From Candidatus Lloydbacteria bacterium RIFCSPHIGHO2_02_FULL_50_18 (GTDB taxonomy: Bacteria; Patescibacteriota; Minisyncoccia; Phycocordibacterales; UBA6899), in contig MHLM01000001.1 of the NCBI GenBank assembly GCA_001821395.1, positions 64,001-128,000 on the forward strand: a stretch of DNA of 64,000 bases, in the 5' to 3' direction. Below the pieces are notes generated by a model that was given only the letters and a program-made list of their open reading frames with translations, made no database searches and was not told the origin of the DNA. The position numbers and the translations under genes are program-made. Positions 1 through 9,583 of this stretch are shown piece by piece (positions within the stretch are counted from its first letter, which is position 1; each line of letters opens with the position of its first letter).

Positions 1-463
1 ACATCGTGTGCCTGAGTTTCGGGGCGAGATCGCAAAGTGGATGATCAATAATTACTCAAAGAAAAAGGAGGGTATACCCGGGTATACGATGCTTGCCCCG
101 GGACTGCTATCGCTTATTCTTCCCTCACTCATCGGGAGATTCAACCTCGGGGGAGTTCTCTCAAAGCTCAACCATCTTTCCATTGCTTCTTCGTCAGGAG
201 TGATCATATTTTCCTCTAAAGACTCACCAAGCAGCTGGGTGCATGTGGGGATGCTATTTGCGAGAATGTCGCTTTCACTCAACGTCGAAAACATTCGCAC
301 CTCGGTCTATGTTGCCTCGATCGAAATGCCCGACATACGCAGTCGGTTAAAGGAGCTCTTGCCGACCGATGAAATGCCACAATTTGCTTGTGCGTTCGGT
401 TATCCGAAAGTTACCCTGCGCCAATCTCCTCGCCATGAACCTAAGGATCGTATGATACAATAG
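1..463 (+). CDS. Partial ORF, probably C-terminal part of a larger protein that begins upstream of the window; possible nitroreductase-fold (SagB/NfsB-like) C-terminus
   Basis: Open frame runs to position 1 with no in-window stop upstream (track start at a GTG, pos 8). Stop at 463 is 5 nt before the next gene. C-terminal 'FACAFGYPK' resembles the 'GYP' tail of nitroreductase-family proteins. The family assignment is weak. Confidence 0.3.
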   Translation, partial: HRVPEFRGEIAKWMINNYSKKKEGIPGYTMLAPGLLSLILPSLIGRFNLGGVLSKLNHLSIASSSGVIIFSSKDSPSSWVHVGMLFARMSLSLNVENIRTSVYVASIEMPDIRSRLKELLPTDEMPQFACAFGYPKVTLRQSPRHEPKDRMIQ

Positions 464-468
464 TTACG

Positions 469-1542
469 ATGAATTCACTCTCATTCGACAACCGGACATA
501 TACGCCGATCATCTTTTCAGGCATTGATGCAGGATCTGAATTTTTGCTGTTTCGCACGCAATGGGAAAAGGCGAATGGCGCCCTTATCATCGTTGATGAT
601 GAAAAAGAACAAGCAAAAGAATACGGATTGCTGAGAGATCCCTCACTACTTAAATCCGGCACCGAGCCGGAGAGCGACTCTACGCTCGAATTTATTTGGA
701 TCGTCATTCCTTGGAGAAAAACAGCAGTTCGGACACTCGCCAAAGATGCCTACCGATCACTTCGCTCCTCACGCAATCACGATCTGCTCACAAAGGATGA
801 GGCGAGTATTCTCTCAAAAAAAAGAATAGGCATTGCAGGACTCAACGTCGGCAACCCCGCGGCAATATGCCTTGCACAGGAGGGCATCGGTTCATATTTA
901 CGCATGGCGGACAATGACACACTTTCTCTTTCGAATCTTAATCGTTTTCGCGCGAGTATCGCAGATCTTGGTGTGAATAAGGCCGTACTTTCAGCTCGTC
1001 AGGCATACGAGATAGATCCTTTTCTCGAGATCGATGTTTGGGAGAACGGCGTAAGTCCTGAGAGCTTGTCCGAGTTCGTTAAGGGCATTGACCTCCTCAT
1101 TGAGGAGATGGACGCACCACCACTGAAGTTGGCGATACGGGAGGAAGCAAAGAGGCAACACGTCCCCACCATTATGATAACCGGCAATGGGCATGATATC
1201 ATCCTCGACATAGAACGTTTTGATACAGATCACGATCTACCACTTCTCTCGGGGAAGCTTACGAACGAAGTAAAGAGGCAGATAGCGCAGGGTCCAAAGA
1301 ACTTCAAAGAAAAGGTTGCGCTCGCTCAAGATTTTATGGGCAAAGAATATCTTTGCGAACGACTGAACTCCTCATTCCAGGAAGTAGGGGAGACGCTCAT
1401 CGGTATTCCCCAACTTGCGGAGGCTTCATTCCTACGCGGTGCCGTTCTCGCTCACGCATGTCGAGGCATCTTGCTCGGTGAGGAGGTCAAGAGCGGGAGG
1501 TATGCGTTCGGTTTGAGCGACCTTTATAATAAGCCCGTGTAA
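469..1542 (+). CDS. ThiF/MoeB/E1-like (ubiquitin-activating-like) adenylyltransferase-fold protein with ~115-aa N-terminal extension
   Basis: 'RIGIAGLNVGNPAAICLAQEGIG...MADNDTLSLSNLNRF' matches the E1/ThiF Rossmann motif plus downstream 'D.D.V..SNLNRQ' signature. 'IMITGNG' fits the ThiF core. 3 nt from the next gene. Confidence 0.6.
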   Translation: MNSLSFDNRTYTPIIFSGIDAGSEFLLFRTQWEKANGALIIVDDEKEQAKEYGLLRDPSLLKSGTEPESDSTLEFIWIVIPWRKTAVRTLAKDAYRSLRSSRNHDLLTKDEASILSKKRIGIAGLNVGNPAAICLAQEGIGSYLRMADNDTLSLSNLNRFRASIADLGVNKAVLSARQAYEIDPFLEIDVWENGVSPESLSEFVKGIDLLIEEMDAPPLKLAIREEAKRQHVPTIMITGNGHDIILDIERFDTDHDLPLLSGKLTNEVKRQIAQGPKNFKEKVALAQDFMGKEYLCERLNSSFQEVGETLIGIPQLAEASFLRGAVLAHACRGILLGEEVKSGRYAFGLSDLYNKPV

Positions 1543-1544
1543 AT

Positions 1545-3035
1545 ATGTCTGATTCTTTCAAGGATACTCTCTGTGCGCTTCATAATAGACCCGAGACTGA
1601 GTGGCAGCGACGTGGTGATGCGTTCATGCTGAAACTCTTTCGCGATACCGCAAAGAACGTTCCGGCATATAAAGCATTCTTACGATCACACGGCGTAACC
1701 CCTGGCTCCATCCGAGACATCGCCACATTCAAAAAAGAGATACCGCTCGTAAGTAAGGAGAATTATTTAAAGGTCTACCCGCTCAATGAACTGCTTCCCG
1801 CCGGCGATATCGCAGGTGCACAGATGATATCAACGAGTTCAGGGTCGTCCGGCATACCATTCTATTGGCCGCGCAGCACGCACAACATCGACGAGGCGGC
1901 GCTCATTCACGAACTATTTCTTGTCGACATATTTCACATCAACAAAAAGCGCACGCTTCTTGTGAACACCTTCGCGATGGGCATGTGGGTTGCCGGAACA
2001 ACGACATTTGAATCAGTTTCGCGCATTGCAGATAAATACCGCATAACCATGGTGACGCCGGGCATCGATATGGAGCAGATACTCACTACGATCAATGCAT
2101 TGGGAAAATATTACGAGCAGATCATCATTGCGGGCTATCCTCCCTTTGTAAAAGATATCATTGATATCGGCAAAGAACGCGGGATCAAATGGCAGAAACT
2201 TAATGTACGATTTCTTTTTGCCGCAGAATCATTTAGCGAAGATTGGCGCGAGCATATGCATAAACTGGTCGGCTGCAAGGATCCGTTATCGGGATCGATC
2301 AATATTTACGGCACCGCAGATGCTCTTTTGGTGGCGCACGAAACGCCGCTTTCAATACTCATTCGCAAGCTCGCAACAAAGAGCGGGCGTCTTCACAAGA
2401 AACTCTTCGGCCCCGATCTGCGTATTCCTACATTGGCGCAATGGAATCCCTCGATGCGCTATTTTGAAGAACTTCCGGACGCAAAGATCATTTTCTCCGC
2501 AAACAGCGGTATACCGCTCATTCGTTATGACATTGGGGATACAGGAAATATTCTACACATCAAGGAAACAGCTGACCTTCTTCGATCAGAAGGTGTCGAC
2601 TTAAAACACGAGGCGAAAGTTCACAATATTTCAAGGACGTTGTGGAATTTACCCATATTGACGATCTATGGTCGTGATCGCATGACCGCATCACTCTACG
2701 GTCTCAAAATCTATCCCGAGCACGTGCGTGGTGCACTCGAAGGCAAGACCGGAAGCAAGTATGCAACGGGGCGGTTCGTGATGACCACAAAACTTGATGC
2801 TGACCGGAACCAATACCTTGAGATACATATTGAGCTTCATTCAAAGATACAAAGCAATAAGAAGATCATCGAACATTTGCAGATGATCATGTTGAAACAA
2901 TTACGAGCCGTCAATAGCGAGTTTAAGCGGCTACACGAATCACTTGGTGAGCGTGCAGTACCCAAGATAGTCCTGCATCAAAATCAGACATCATCATTAT
3001 TCAGCCGCAAAGGGAAGCAGGTTTGGAAAGGCTAA
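1545..3035 (+). CDS. PaaK/CapK/coenzyme-F390-synthetase-like adenylate-forming enzyme
   Basis: 'ISTSSGSSGIPFYWP' is the P-loop-like SSGTTG(K)P adenylation motif of PaaK-type ligases. Length (496 aa) and overall layout fit that family. Operon-packed with neighbours. Confidence 0.55.
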   Translation: MSDSFKDTLCALHNRPETEWQRRGDAFMLKLFRDTAKNVPAYKAFLRSHGVTPGSIRDIATFKKEIPLVSKENYLKVYPLNELLPAGDIAGAQMISTSSGSSGIPFYWPRSTHNIDEAALIHELFLVDIFHINKKRTLLVNTFAMGMWVAGTTTFESVSRIADKYRITMVTPGIDMEQILTTINALGKYYEQIIIAGYPPFVKDIIDIGKERGIKWQKLNVRFLFAAESFSEDWREHMHKLVGCKDPLSGSINIYGTADALLVAHETPLSILIRKLATKSGRLHKKLFGPDLRIPTLAQWNPSMRYFEELPDAKIIFSANSGIPLIRYDIGDTGNILHIKETADLLRSEGVDLKHEAKVHNISRTLWNLPILTIYGRDRMTASLYGLKIYPEHVRGALEGKTGSKYATGRFVMTTKLDADRNQYLEIHIELHSKIQSNKKIIEHLQMIMLKQLRAVNSEFKRLHESLGERAVPKIVLHQNQTSSLFSRKGKQVWKG

Positions 3036-3044
3036 CGGCAATAC

Positions 3045-4670
3045 ATGTTATCTCTTACCATTGCCATCATCATATTGAACCTTTCTCTCGGACTAGCAAT
3101 TCTCGTCCAATCTAAGAGGGGTGTCGACGCGGGTGTTTTCTTTTTGATCACGCTGGCATTTTCCGCACTTACTATCGCAAATTATCTCTCACTTACCACC
3201 GATCCCAACGTCGCACTGTATTGGGTTCGCGCGGAGATGTTTATCGCCGCATGGCATACGTTCCTCTTCTTTGTCTTTGTCCACGCATTTGCAAAAAGTC
3301 ACTTTGAATATTCTCTCAAACACAGCCTCATCTTTACGGTACCATTCATCATCATCCTGGTGATCTCTGTCTCGCCCTACCTCTTTTCAGCCGTTGCCCT
3401 CAATAAGAACGGGCTCGTAGAGACGATCCCGGGGAATCTTTTCCCCGTCTTTGCCCTCTGGCTTCTGGGAACAATGTTCCTTTCAATGCGGCGTGTCGTC
3501 ATAAATTTCCGGTCAAGTACTGGTACATTGCGCTCGCAGTGGAAATATCTGCTCATTGGTTCGTGCTCGACCTACCTCTTGCTTATTATTTTCAACTTCA
3601 TTTTGGGGGGTTTTCTGCAAAACACAAGATTCCTTGCATACACTCCGATATTCTCCTTGCCTATTCTCTTTGCGACGGCATACGCGATCGTCAAACATAA
3701 CCTTTTTGATATTAAGGTTCTTGCGACTCAGGCATTCGTCACGATCATTTCGATCTTTTACCTCGTGAGAATCGTCGTTGCAACAACAATGACCGATCGC
3801 GTGATCGGCGGAGTGATCTTTGTCACAACGGTATTCTTTGGCTTCCTGCTCATTCGGAGTGTCAAAGAAGAGATTCGAGCGCGTGAAAAGATTGCACTTA
3901 TGGCGAAGAGCCTCACTGATACAAATTGGGAGTTGGCAAAATCGAACGAGCAGCTTCGCATCATCGACAAGCGCAAGAGCGAGTTTGTTTCCATCGTCTC
4001 ACATCAGTTGCGCACCCCGATCACTGCCATGAAGGGCTACTCATCGCTCCTTCTTGAGGATTCCTACGGACCCATCACCGATGCAGTTCGCGCTCCGATA
4101 GAAAAAATATTCGTGTCGTCAAAACGTCTCGCAGAGATGGTGACCGACTTCTTGAACATCTCGAAGATCGAACAAGGAACAATGACCTACACGTTGACCC
4201 CGGTTGATGTTGGTACAATGATCACGGATCTCACCGAAGAATTTATCCCCGTGGCGCGTCTCAAGAACATTAGACTGCAGGCTGATGTTCCGACCAGTGA
4301 GAAGTTCATCGTGAATGCTGACGATGGAAAACTTCGCCAAGTACTGTCAAATCTTATTGATAATTCGATCAAATATACACCGCAAGGCGGAGTAGACATT
4401 TCTGTTGAAACGTTGCTCGAGCGCGACCTTATCCTCATTAAGATCAAAGACACGGGTATCGGGCTTTCCCAAGAGGACATCCACCATCTCTTCGGTAAAT
4501 TTACCCGCGGTTCGGAAGGACAGCGGCACAACACTGATGGATCAGGGCTCGGTCTCTATGTAGCAAAGAAAATGCTCGAAGCACAAGGAGGAAATGTCTG
4601 GGTGGATTCAGAAGGCCCCGGCAAAGGTTCAACGTTCATCATTGAACTCCACAAGGAAGGAGAAAATTAA
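3045..4670 (+). CDS. Sensor histidine kinase with N-terminal multi-TM (7TM-type) sensor region
   Basis: About 7 hydrophobic segments in the N-terminal 290 aa. Canonical H-box 'VSHQLRTPITAMKGY'. HATPase_c G-boxes 'DTGIGL', 'GSGLGLYVAKKM', 'GGNVWVDSEGPGKGSTF'. Confidence 0.85.
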   Translation: MLSLTIAIIILNLSLGLAILVQSKRGVDAGVFFLITLAFSALTIANYLSLTTDPNVALYWVRAEMFIAAWHTFLFFVFVHAFAKSHFEYSLKHSLIFTVPFIIILVISVSPYLFSAVALNKNGLVETIPGNLFPVFALWLLGTMFLSMRRVVINFRSSTGTLRSQWKYLLIGSCSTYLLLIIFNFILGGFLQNTRFLAYTPIFSLPILFATAYAIVKHNLFDIKVLATQAFVTIISIFYLVRIVVATTMTDRVIGGVIFVTTVFFGFLLIRSVKEEIRAREKIALMAKSLTDTNWELAKSNEQLRIIDKRKSEFVSIVSHQLRTPITAMKGYSSLLLEDSYGPITDAVRAPIEKIFVSSKRLAEMVTDFLNISKIEQGTMTYTLTPVDVGTMITDLTEEFIPVARLKNIRLQADVPTSEKFIVNADDGKLRQVLSNLIDNSIKYTPQGGVDISVETLLERDLILIKIKDTGIGLSQEDIHHLFGKFTRGSEGQRHNTDGSGLGLYVAKKMLEAQGGNVWVDSEGPGKGSTFIIELHKEGEN

Positions 4671-4715
4671 TATGGGCTATTCCTATGCCTCTATTTCTGC
4701 TAAAATTGCCCCAAT

Positions 4716-5759
4716 ATGAGAAATACTGAGGATCGAGTACTGACGGGGGATAGACCGACCGGAAAGCTTCATTTGGGGCATTTTGCGGGCTCGATACAAA
4801 ATCGACTAAAGATCCAGAACGGTGAGCTCAAGTTCAAAAATCCAATTGAGCAAATTTTCTATATGGTGGCGGACGTGCAGGCACTCACTGACAATGCAGA
4901 CAACCCAGAAAAGGTGCGCTCATCGGTTCTTGAAGTGGCGCTCGACAATCTCGCATGCGGGATGAACCCCAAAAAAACAACGATGTTTATCCAGTCGCAG
5001 GTACCCGAGATTGCCGAACTCACTATTTTTTTTCTCAACCTAGTAACAGTATCTCGCCTCAAGCAAAATCCAACCGTAAAGACAGAGATCAAACAGAAGG
5101 GTTTTGGTGAGAACGTTCCGGCGGGATTTCTTGCATACCCAGTCTCTCAGGCGGCTGATATTCTTACCTTTAAAGCGAATCTCATCCCGGTAGGAGAAGA
5201 TCAGAAGCCAGTCATCGAGCAGGCTAATGAATTGGGTGCTAAATTTAACTCAATGTATGGAGAAACATTTTCTTATATCACCCCGCTGCTACCTCCAAAG
5301 AATTCACCGGAATCTCGCATGCCAGGGATCGATGGCAAGGCAAAGATGTCAAAATCATTGGGGAATGCGATCTTTCTCGCTGATTCGGAAAAAGAGATCG
5401 AACAGAAGGTCATGCAAATGTATACCGACCCGAGCCATATCCATCTCGCAGATCCGGGTGAGGTCAAAGGAAATGTTGTCTTCACCTATCTTGATGTATT
5501 CGATCCAAAGAAAAAGGAGGTTGCGGAGTTAAAAAAACAGTATAAAAAAGGAGGGCTTGGCGACGTCGTGCTGAAAAAACGCCTTGCGGCCGTACTGAAC
5601 GAGATGCTCATGCCCATCCGAGAACGACGTGAGGAGCTTGCACGCAATCCAAAGCATATTATGGACATCCTTGAGGCGGGAACAAAAGAAGCACGTCATA
5701 CCGCAAAAGCTACTCTCGCCGAAGTTCGCGAACATATGAAGATCGATTATTTCGGGTAG
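4716..5759 (+). CDS. trpS: Tryptophanyl-tRNA synthetase
   Basis: Class I motifs 'TGDRPTGKLHLGHF' (HIGH-type) and 'KMSKSLGN'. The 347-aa length fits TrpRS rather than TyrRS. Confidence 0.85.
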   Translation: MRNTEDRVLTGDRPTGKLHLGHFAGSIQNRLKIQNGELKFKNPIEQIFYMVADVQALTDNADNPEKVRSSVLEVALDNLACGMNPKKTTMFIQSQVPEIAELTIFFLNLVTVSRLKQNPTVKTEIKQKGFGENVPAGFLAYPVSQAADILTFKANLIPVGEDQKPVIEQANELGAKFNSMYGETFSYITPLLPPKNSPESRMPGIDGKAKMSKSLGNAIFLADSEKEIEQKVMQMYTDPSHIHLADPGEVKGNVVFTYLDVFDPKKKEVAELKKQYKKGGLGDVVLKKRLAAVLNEMLMPIRERREELARNPKHIMDILEAGTKEARHTAKATLAEVREHMKIDYFG

Positions 5760-5939
5760 CCGAAAATGATCTTGTTCAAAAATATAAAACCCCACATTGT
5801 GTGGAGATTTTTCGATTCATTTCGACAGATTTATCTGAAAAAATGCTACCATTGCGAATAGCAGTCATCCATGGGGTACCTGAGACGAATATCTGTGATG
5901 ACTTTGCATATAACCGATAATTCGCTACTATAGAACATT

Positions 5940-7334
5940 ATGACCACACGAACACTGATAGAAAATTTAAAGGATTCCATCGGGGAAACCGTCACCATTG
6001 CGGGATGGGTCGACATACGACGCGATCATGGCAAGCTCATTTTTATCGATATGCGCGATGCAACGGGAAAGGTGCAGGCAGTAGCGCTTCCGAACCATAT
6101 CGAGGCACATGAAGCTGCGAACATGCTTCGTCCCGAATGGGTAGTCGAGATAGAGGGAAAGGTGAATGCGCGACCTGAAAAAATGGTCAAAAAGGACGAA
6201 CTAAACGGAATGCTTGAAATCGAGATAGTTTCGGTCAAAGTGCTCAATAAGTCTGAGACACCGCCGATCGACGTACGCGGGGACGGCCGCGATATCGGAG
6301 AAGAGGTGCGACTCAAATATCGTTATCTCGACCTTCGTCGCCCCAGGCTCCAGCAGAATTTACGTTTGCGACACAAGATCGTACTGTTCATCCGAAATTT
6401 TCTTTCGAACAATGGATTCATTGAGATTGAAACCCCGCTTCTTTCTAAATCAACGCCGGAAGGATCACGCGACTTTCTTGTTCCCTCACGACTCGAGCAG
6501 GGGAAGTTTTACGCGTTACCCCAGTCACCGCAGCAATACAAGCAGCTCCTTATGGTTGCGGGATTTGAGAGGTATTTCCAATTTGCGCGTTGTATGCGCG
6601 ATGAAGATACACGAGGAGACCGCCAACCCGAATTTACTCAACTCGATATGGAGTTGAGCTTCGTCGATCGTGAGGATGTCATGGCCTTGAACGAACAACT
6701 ACTTATCGAGCTCGTGCAAAAGACTGCCCCCCACAAGAAGATCCAGCAGATCCCATTTCCTCGTATGACCTACGCCGAGGCGATGAAGAACTATGGGAAC
6801 GACAAGCCGGATATCCGTACCGACAAAAATGACCCCGACCTGCTCGCATTCTGTTGGGTAATTGATTTTCCTTTCTTCGAAAAAGCCGATAAGGGAGGAT
6901 GGACGTTCACACACAATCCATTCTCAGCCGCAAAAGAAGAACATCGCGAATGGTTAATGAACAAAGAACATATCGAGGAGATCTTAACGACGCAGTATGA
7001 TGTTGCCCTAAACGGTTTTGAGATCGGCGGAGGCAGTATCCGCAATCATGACCCCAAGGCGCTTAGTTGTGTATTTGAGATCATGGGGCATAAAGAAGAG
7101 GACATTAAAGCAAATTTCGGGCACATGCTTGACGCTTTTTCCTACGGAGCACCCCCACACGGCGGTATCGCATGGGGACTCGACCGTCTCATGGCAATCC
7201 TCCAGAATGAACCGAACATTCGCGAGGTGATCGCATTTGCCAAGACCGGAGAAGGGAAGGACCTCATGATGGCCGCACCGTCAGACGTTTCACCCGAACA
7301 GCTTGTCGAGTTAGGTATACATATTGTGAAGTGA
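5940..7334 (+). CDS. aspS: Aspartyl-tRNA synthetase (short form without GAD insertion; possibly non-discriminating)
   Basis: N-terminal OB fold. Class II motif 2 'FYALPQSPQQYKQLLMVAGFERYFQFARCMRDEDTRGDRQPEFTQLDMELSF'. Motif 3 'GGIAWGLDRLMAIL'. Confidence 0.85.
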   Translation: MTTRTLIENLKDSIGETVTIAGWVDIRRDHGKLIFIDMRDATGKVQAVALPNHIEAHEAANMLRPEWVVEIEGKVNARPEKMVKKDELNGMLEIEIVSVKVLNKSETPPIDVRGDGRDIGEEVRLKYRYLDLRRPRLQQNLRLRHKIVLFIRNFLSNNGFIEIETPLLSKSTPEGSRDFLVPSRLEQGKFYALPQSPQQYKQLLMVAGFERYFQFARCMRDEDTRGDRQPEFTQLDMELSFVDREDVMALNEQLLIELVQKTAPHKKIQQIPFPRMTYAEAMKNYGNDKPDIRTDKNDPDLLAFCWVIDFPFFEKADKGGWTFTHNPFSAAKEEHREWLMNKEHIEEILTTQYDVALNGFEIGGGSIRNHDPKALSCVFEIMGHKEEDIKANFGHMLDAFSYGAPPHGGIAWGLDRLMAILQNEPNIREVIAFAKTGEGKDLMMAAPSDVSPEQLVELGIHIVK

Positions 7335-7395
7335 TCAAGTTTGATCTTTCGGGAAACCCGAGAAAAATCTACTTGATTCGACCGCTAAAAGAATT

Positions 7396-7425
7396 AAAAA
7401 ACACCTCATAATGTGAGGTGTTTTT
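7396..7425. terminator. Bidirectional rho-independent terminator between aspS (+) and the DUF805 gene (-)
   Basis: Perfect hairpin 'cacctca-taatg-tgaggtg' flanked by A-run on the 5' side and T-run on the 3' side. Confidence 0.7.
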
Positions 7426-7442
7426 AATGCTCGATCATGCTT

Positions 7443-7895
7443 TTACGTATTAAGGATCGCATGGAACATTTCCCGTTTGGGGTCGGGAATAGGTCCATAA
7501 CCATTGGCGGACGTGTCTCCCAATTTCCAGCACAGATAGATGACCTCCAAAACCCCTACGAATGGGATGAGGAGCAAAAGAGACGCCCAGCCGGTTTGAT
7601 TAATGTCATGAAGACGACGTACGGTCATACCAAATTCGAGAAGTAAAAGCACGATGGCGACGAGCATTCCGATGAATGGGATGAACGCAAGTAGTAATGC
7701 GAGAGCGATAGACCCGACTGCCCCATAGAGATAGTTCTGTCGATCAATCCGTCCGTAAAAAAGACGTTTCCAGTGAAGATCTTTTGCCGCATTTTTGGCA
7801 TTCGCAAAAAGTCTATTAAGCTCATCTTGCACAGATTGCTCGGTGGTAGAAGTATTCTTTAAAACTTCGGGTACTTGTATTTGTGTATCGTTCAT
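7443..7895 (-). CDS. DUF805 (YhaH/YhaI-like) inner-membrane protein
   Basis: 'RLHDINQTGWASLLLLIPFVG' is the DUF805 signature. Three predicted TM helices. Confidence 0.6.
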   Translation of the reverse strand: MNDTQIQVPEVLKNTSTTEQSVQDELNRLFANAKNAAKDLHWKRLFYGRIDRQNYLYGAVGSIALALLLAFIPFIGMLVAIVLLLLEFGMTVRRLHDINQTGWASLLLLIPFVGVLEVIYLCWKLGDTSANGYGPIPDPKREMFHAILNT

Positions 7896-7995
7896 ATGTT
7901 CATTAATTCTACCGAACAGTAAAAATATGACAACGTGTCGCAGTTCGCACGATAGTACACTGGGTCAGTAATGACATTTGTGCTAATATCGTTGA

Positions 7996-8775
7996 ATGGA
8001 TGAAGCGCAGGCAGTGCTGGGCGAGTACAAGGTTGGCTATCACGTGAAAACGGAGCATTTTGAGGGTCCGCTTGATCTTTTGCTGACATTGATCGAAAAA
8101 CGAAAGCTTTTTATCAGTGATTTTTCGCTCTCCAAGGTTGCCGATGACTATATCGAACATATTCGCAGCTTCGAGACATTCCCGATGAATGACGTTGCAA
8201 ATTTTCTTCTTGTCGCATCGACACTCGTGCTCATCAAATCAAAGGCGCTCCTCCCAGACCTTGATCTCACCAAAGAGGAAGAAAGTGATATTGATGACCT
8301 GAAGCGCCGCTTGGCGATGTATGAACTTTTTCGGAATCTTTCGCTTCATATTAAATCCAACTTTGGAAAACGGCTGATCTTTGAGCGAAGCGGGCGACCG
8401 GGTGTACAGGTTGTGTTTGCTCCGGACGTGCATATTTCTGCAGCAGAAGTCGGACAGTCAATAAAGAATGTAGTCAATGCACTGCCAAAGAAGGTGACCA
8501 TCCCAAAGGCAACAGTAAAAAAGGTCATTTCATTAGAAGAGATGATGTCCAGGCTTTCGGACAGAGTCACGACGGCGCTGAAAACGAGTTTTACTCAATT
8601 TTCTCGATATAAAAAAGGGGAAGTCATGGAAAAAGAACATCGCGTCCTCATCATCGTATCTTTTCTGGCGATGCTTGAGCTTGTTAAGCAGGGCGTTGTA
8701 CACGTTACTCAACATGAAGAGTATGGAGACATCGACATCGAAACACATTCATTTCAAACACCGAATTATGAGTAG
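7996..8775 (+). CDS. scpA: Segregation and condensation protein A
   Basis: N-terminal 'HFEGPLDLLLTLIEKRKLFISDFSLSKVADDYIEHI' is the ScpA signature. Length matches. Confidence 0.8.
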   Translation: MDEAQAVLGEYKVGYHVKTEHFEGPLDLLLTLIEKRKLFISDFSLSKVADDYIEHIRSFETFPMNDVANFLLVASTLVLIKSKALLPDLDLTKEEESDIDDLKRRLAMYELFRNLSLHIKSNFGKRLIFERSGRPGVQVVFAPDVHISAAEVGQSIKNVVNALPKKVTIPKATVKKVISLEEMMSRLSDRVTTALKTSFTQFSRYKKGEVMEKEHRVLIIVSFLAMLELVKQGVVHVTQHEEYGDIDIETHSFQTPNYE

Positions 8776-8840
8776 CAGTATGCGGTGCGTGAGGCGGGCT
8801 TTCTTAAACGCCAATTTTTGTTAGACTATCAAACAACACC

Positions 8841-9578
8841 ATGGAACTCGCAAAAGCCATATCTGCCTTATTGTTTTATCAAGCTGAGCCGATCACGGTA
8901 AAAAGGCTTTCCGGACTGCTCAAGCGGTCAGAAGAAGAAATTCGTGATGCCATAGCATCTCTTCCGGAGCGATTTAAGGATACCGGTATCATGCTCGTCC
9001 AAAATGGGGATGAAATCACACTCGGTACTGCATCTGAAGCAAGTTCGCTCATTGAGAGCATCACGAAGGAAGAACTATCGAAGGACCTATCAAAATCGGC
9101 ACTTGAGACGCTTGCGATCGTGCTGTACAAAGGTCCAATCACGAGAAGTGAGATCGACTATATTCGCGGAGTGAATTCAACATTTATTCTTCGAAACCTG
9201 CTTATCCGTGGCCTCGTCGAAAAAGTAGACAATCCGAATGACCAGCGCAGCTTTCTGTATAAACCGACATTCCAGCTCCTTGAGTACATGGGTGTTCCTG
9301 ACGTCAAAGACTTGCCCGACTATCATGATACACTCGTACAACTTGGATCATTTGTTGCCATAAAACAAGAAGAGGAAAAAACAGAAGGAACGGCGGTTAG
9401 TGCACCTCTCGCGATCGTTCCAGATGATAGCACCGATATCGCAGATACCGCTCGTGCTATGGAATTGAGTGATGAGGAACTTATCGAGGAGGCGGATATT
9501 GCCGAGGAAGACGAGGCGGGCGGGGGGTACGATGACCCTGAACTTCGCGCACACACTGACGCCGATCGACCCGAGTAA
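8841..9578 (+). CDS. scpB: Segregation and condensation protein B
   Basis: Follows scpA. Tandem winged-helix pattern 'GPITRSEIDYIRGVNSTFILRNLLIRGLVEKV'. Acidic C-terminal tail. Confidence 0.75.
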   Translation: MELAKAISALLFYQAEPITVKRLSGLLKRSEEEIRDAIASLPERFKDTGIMLVQNGDEITLGTASEASSLIESITKEELSKDLSKSALETLAIVLYKGPITRSEIDYIRGVNSTFILRNLLIRGLVEKVDNPNDQRSFLYKPTFQLLEYMGVPDVKDLPDYHDTLVQLGSFVAIKQEEEKTEGTAVSAPLAIVPDDSTDIADTARAMELSDEELIEEADIAEEDEAGGGYDDPELRAHTDADRPE

Positions 9579-9583
9579 CCATT

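Noticed and set aside
2161-2604. 147-aa alternative-frame ORF inside the PaaK-like gene
   Set aside because: Same strand, different frame, nested in a longer ORF with family-level motifs. No independent evidence.
7437-7646. 69-aa + strand ORF
   Set aside because: Antisense overlap with the DUF805 membrane-protein gene. No support.
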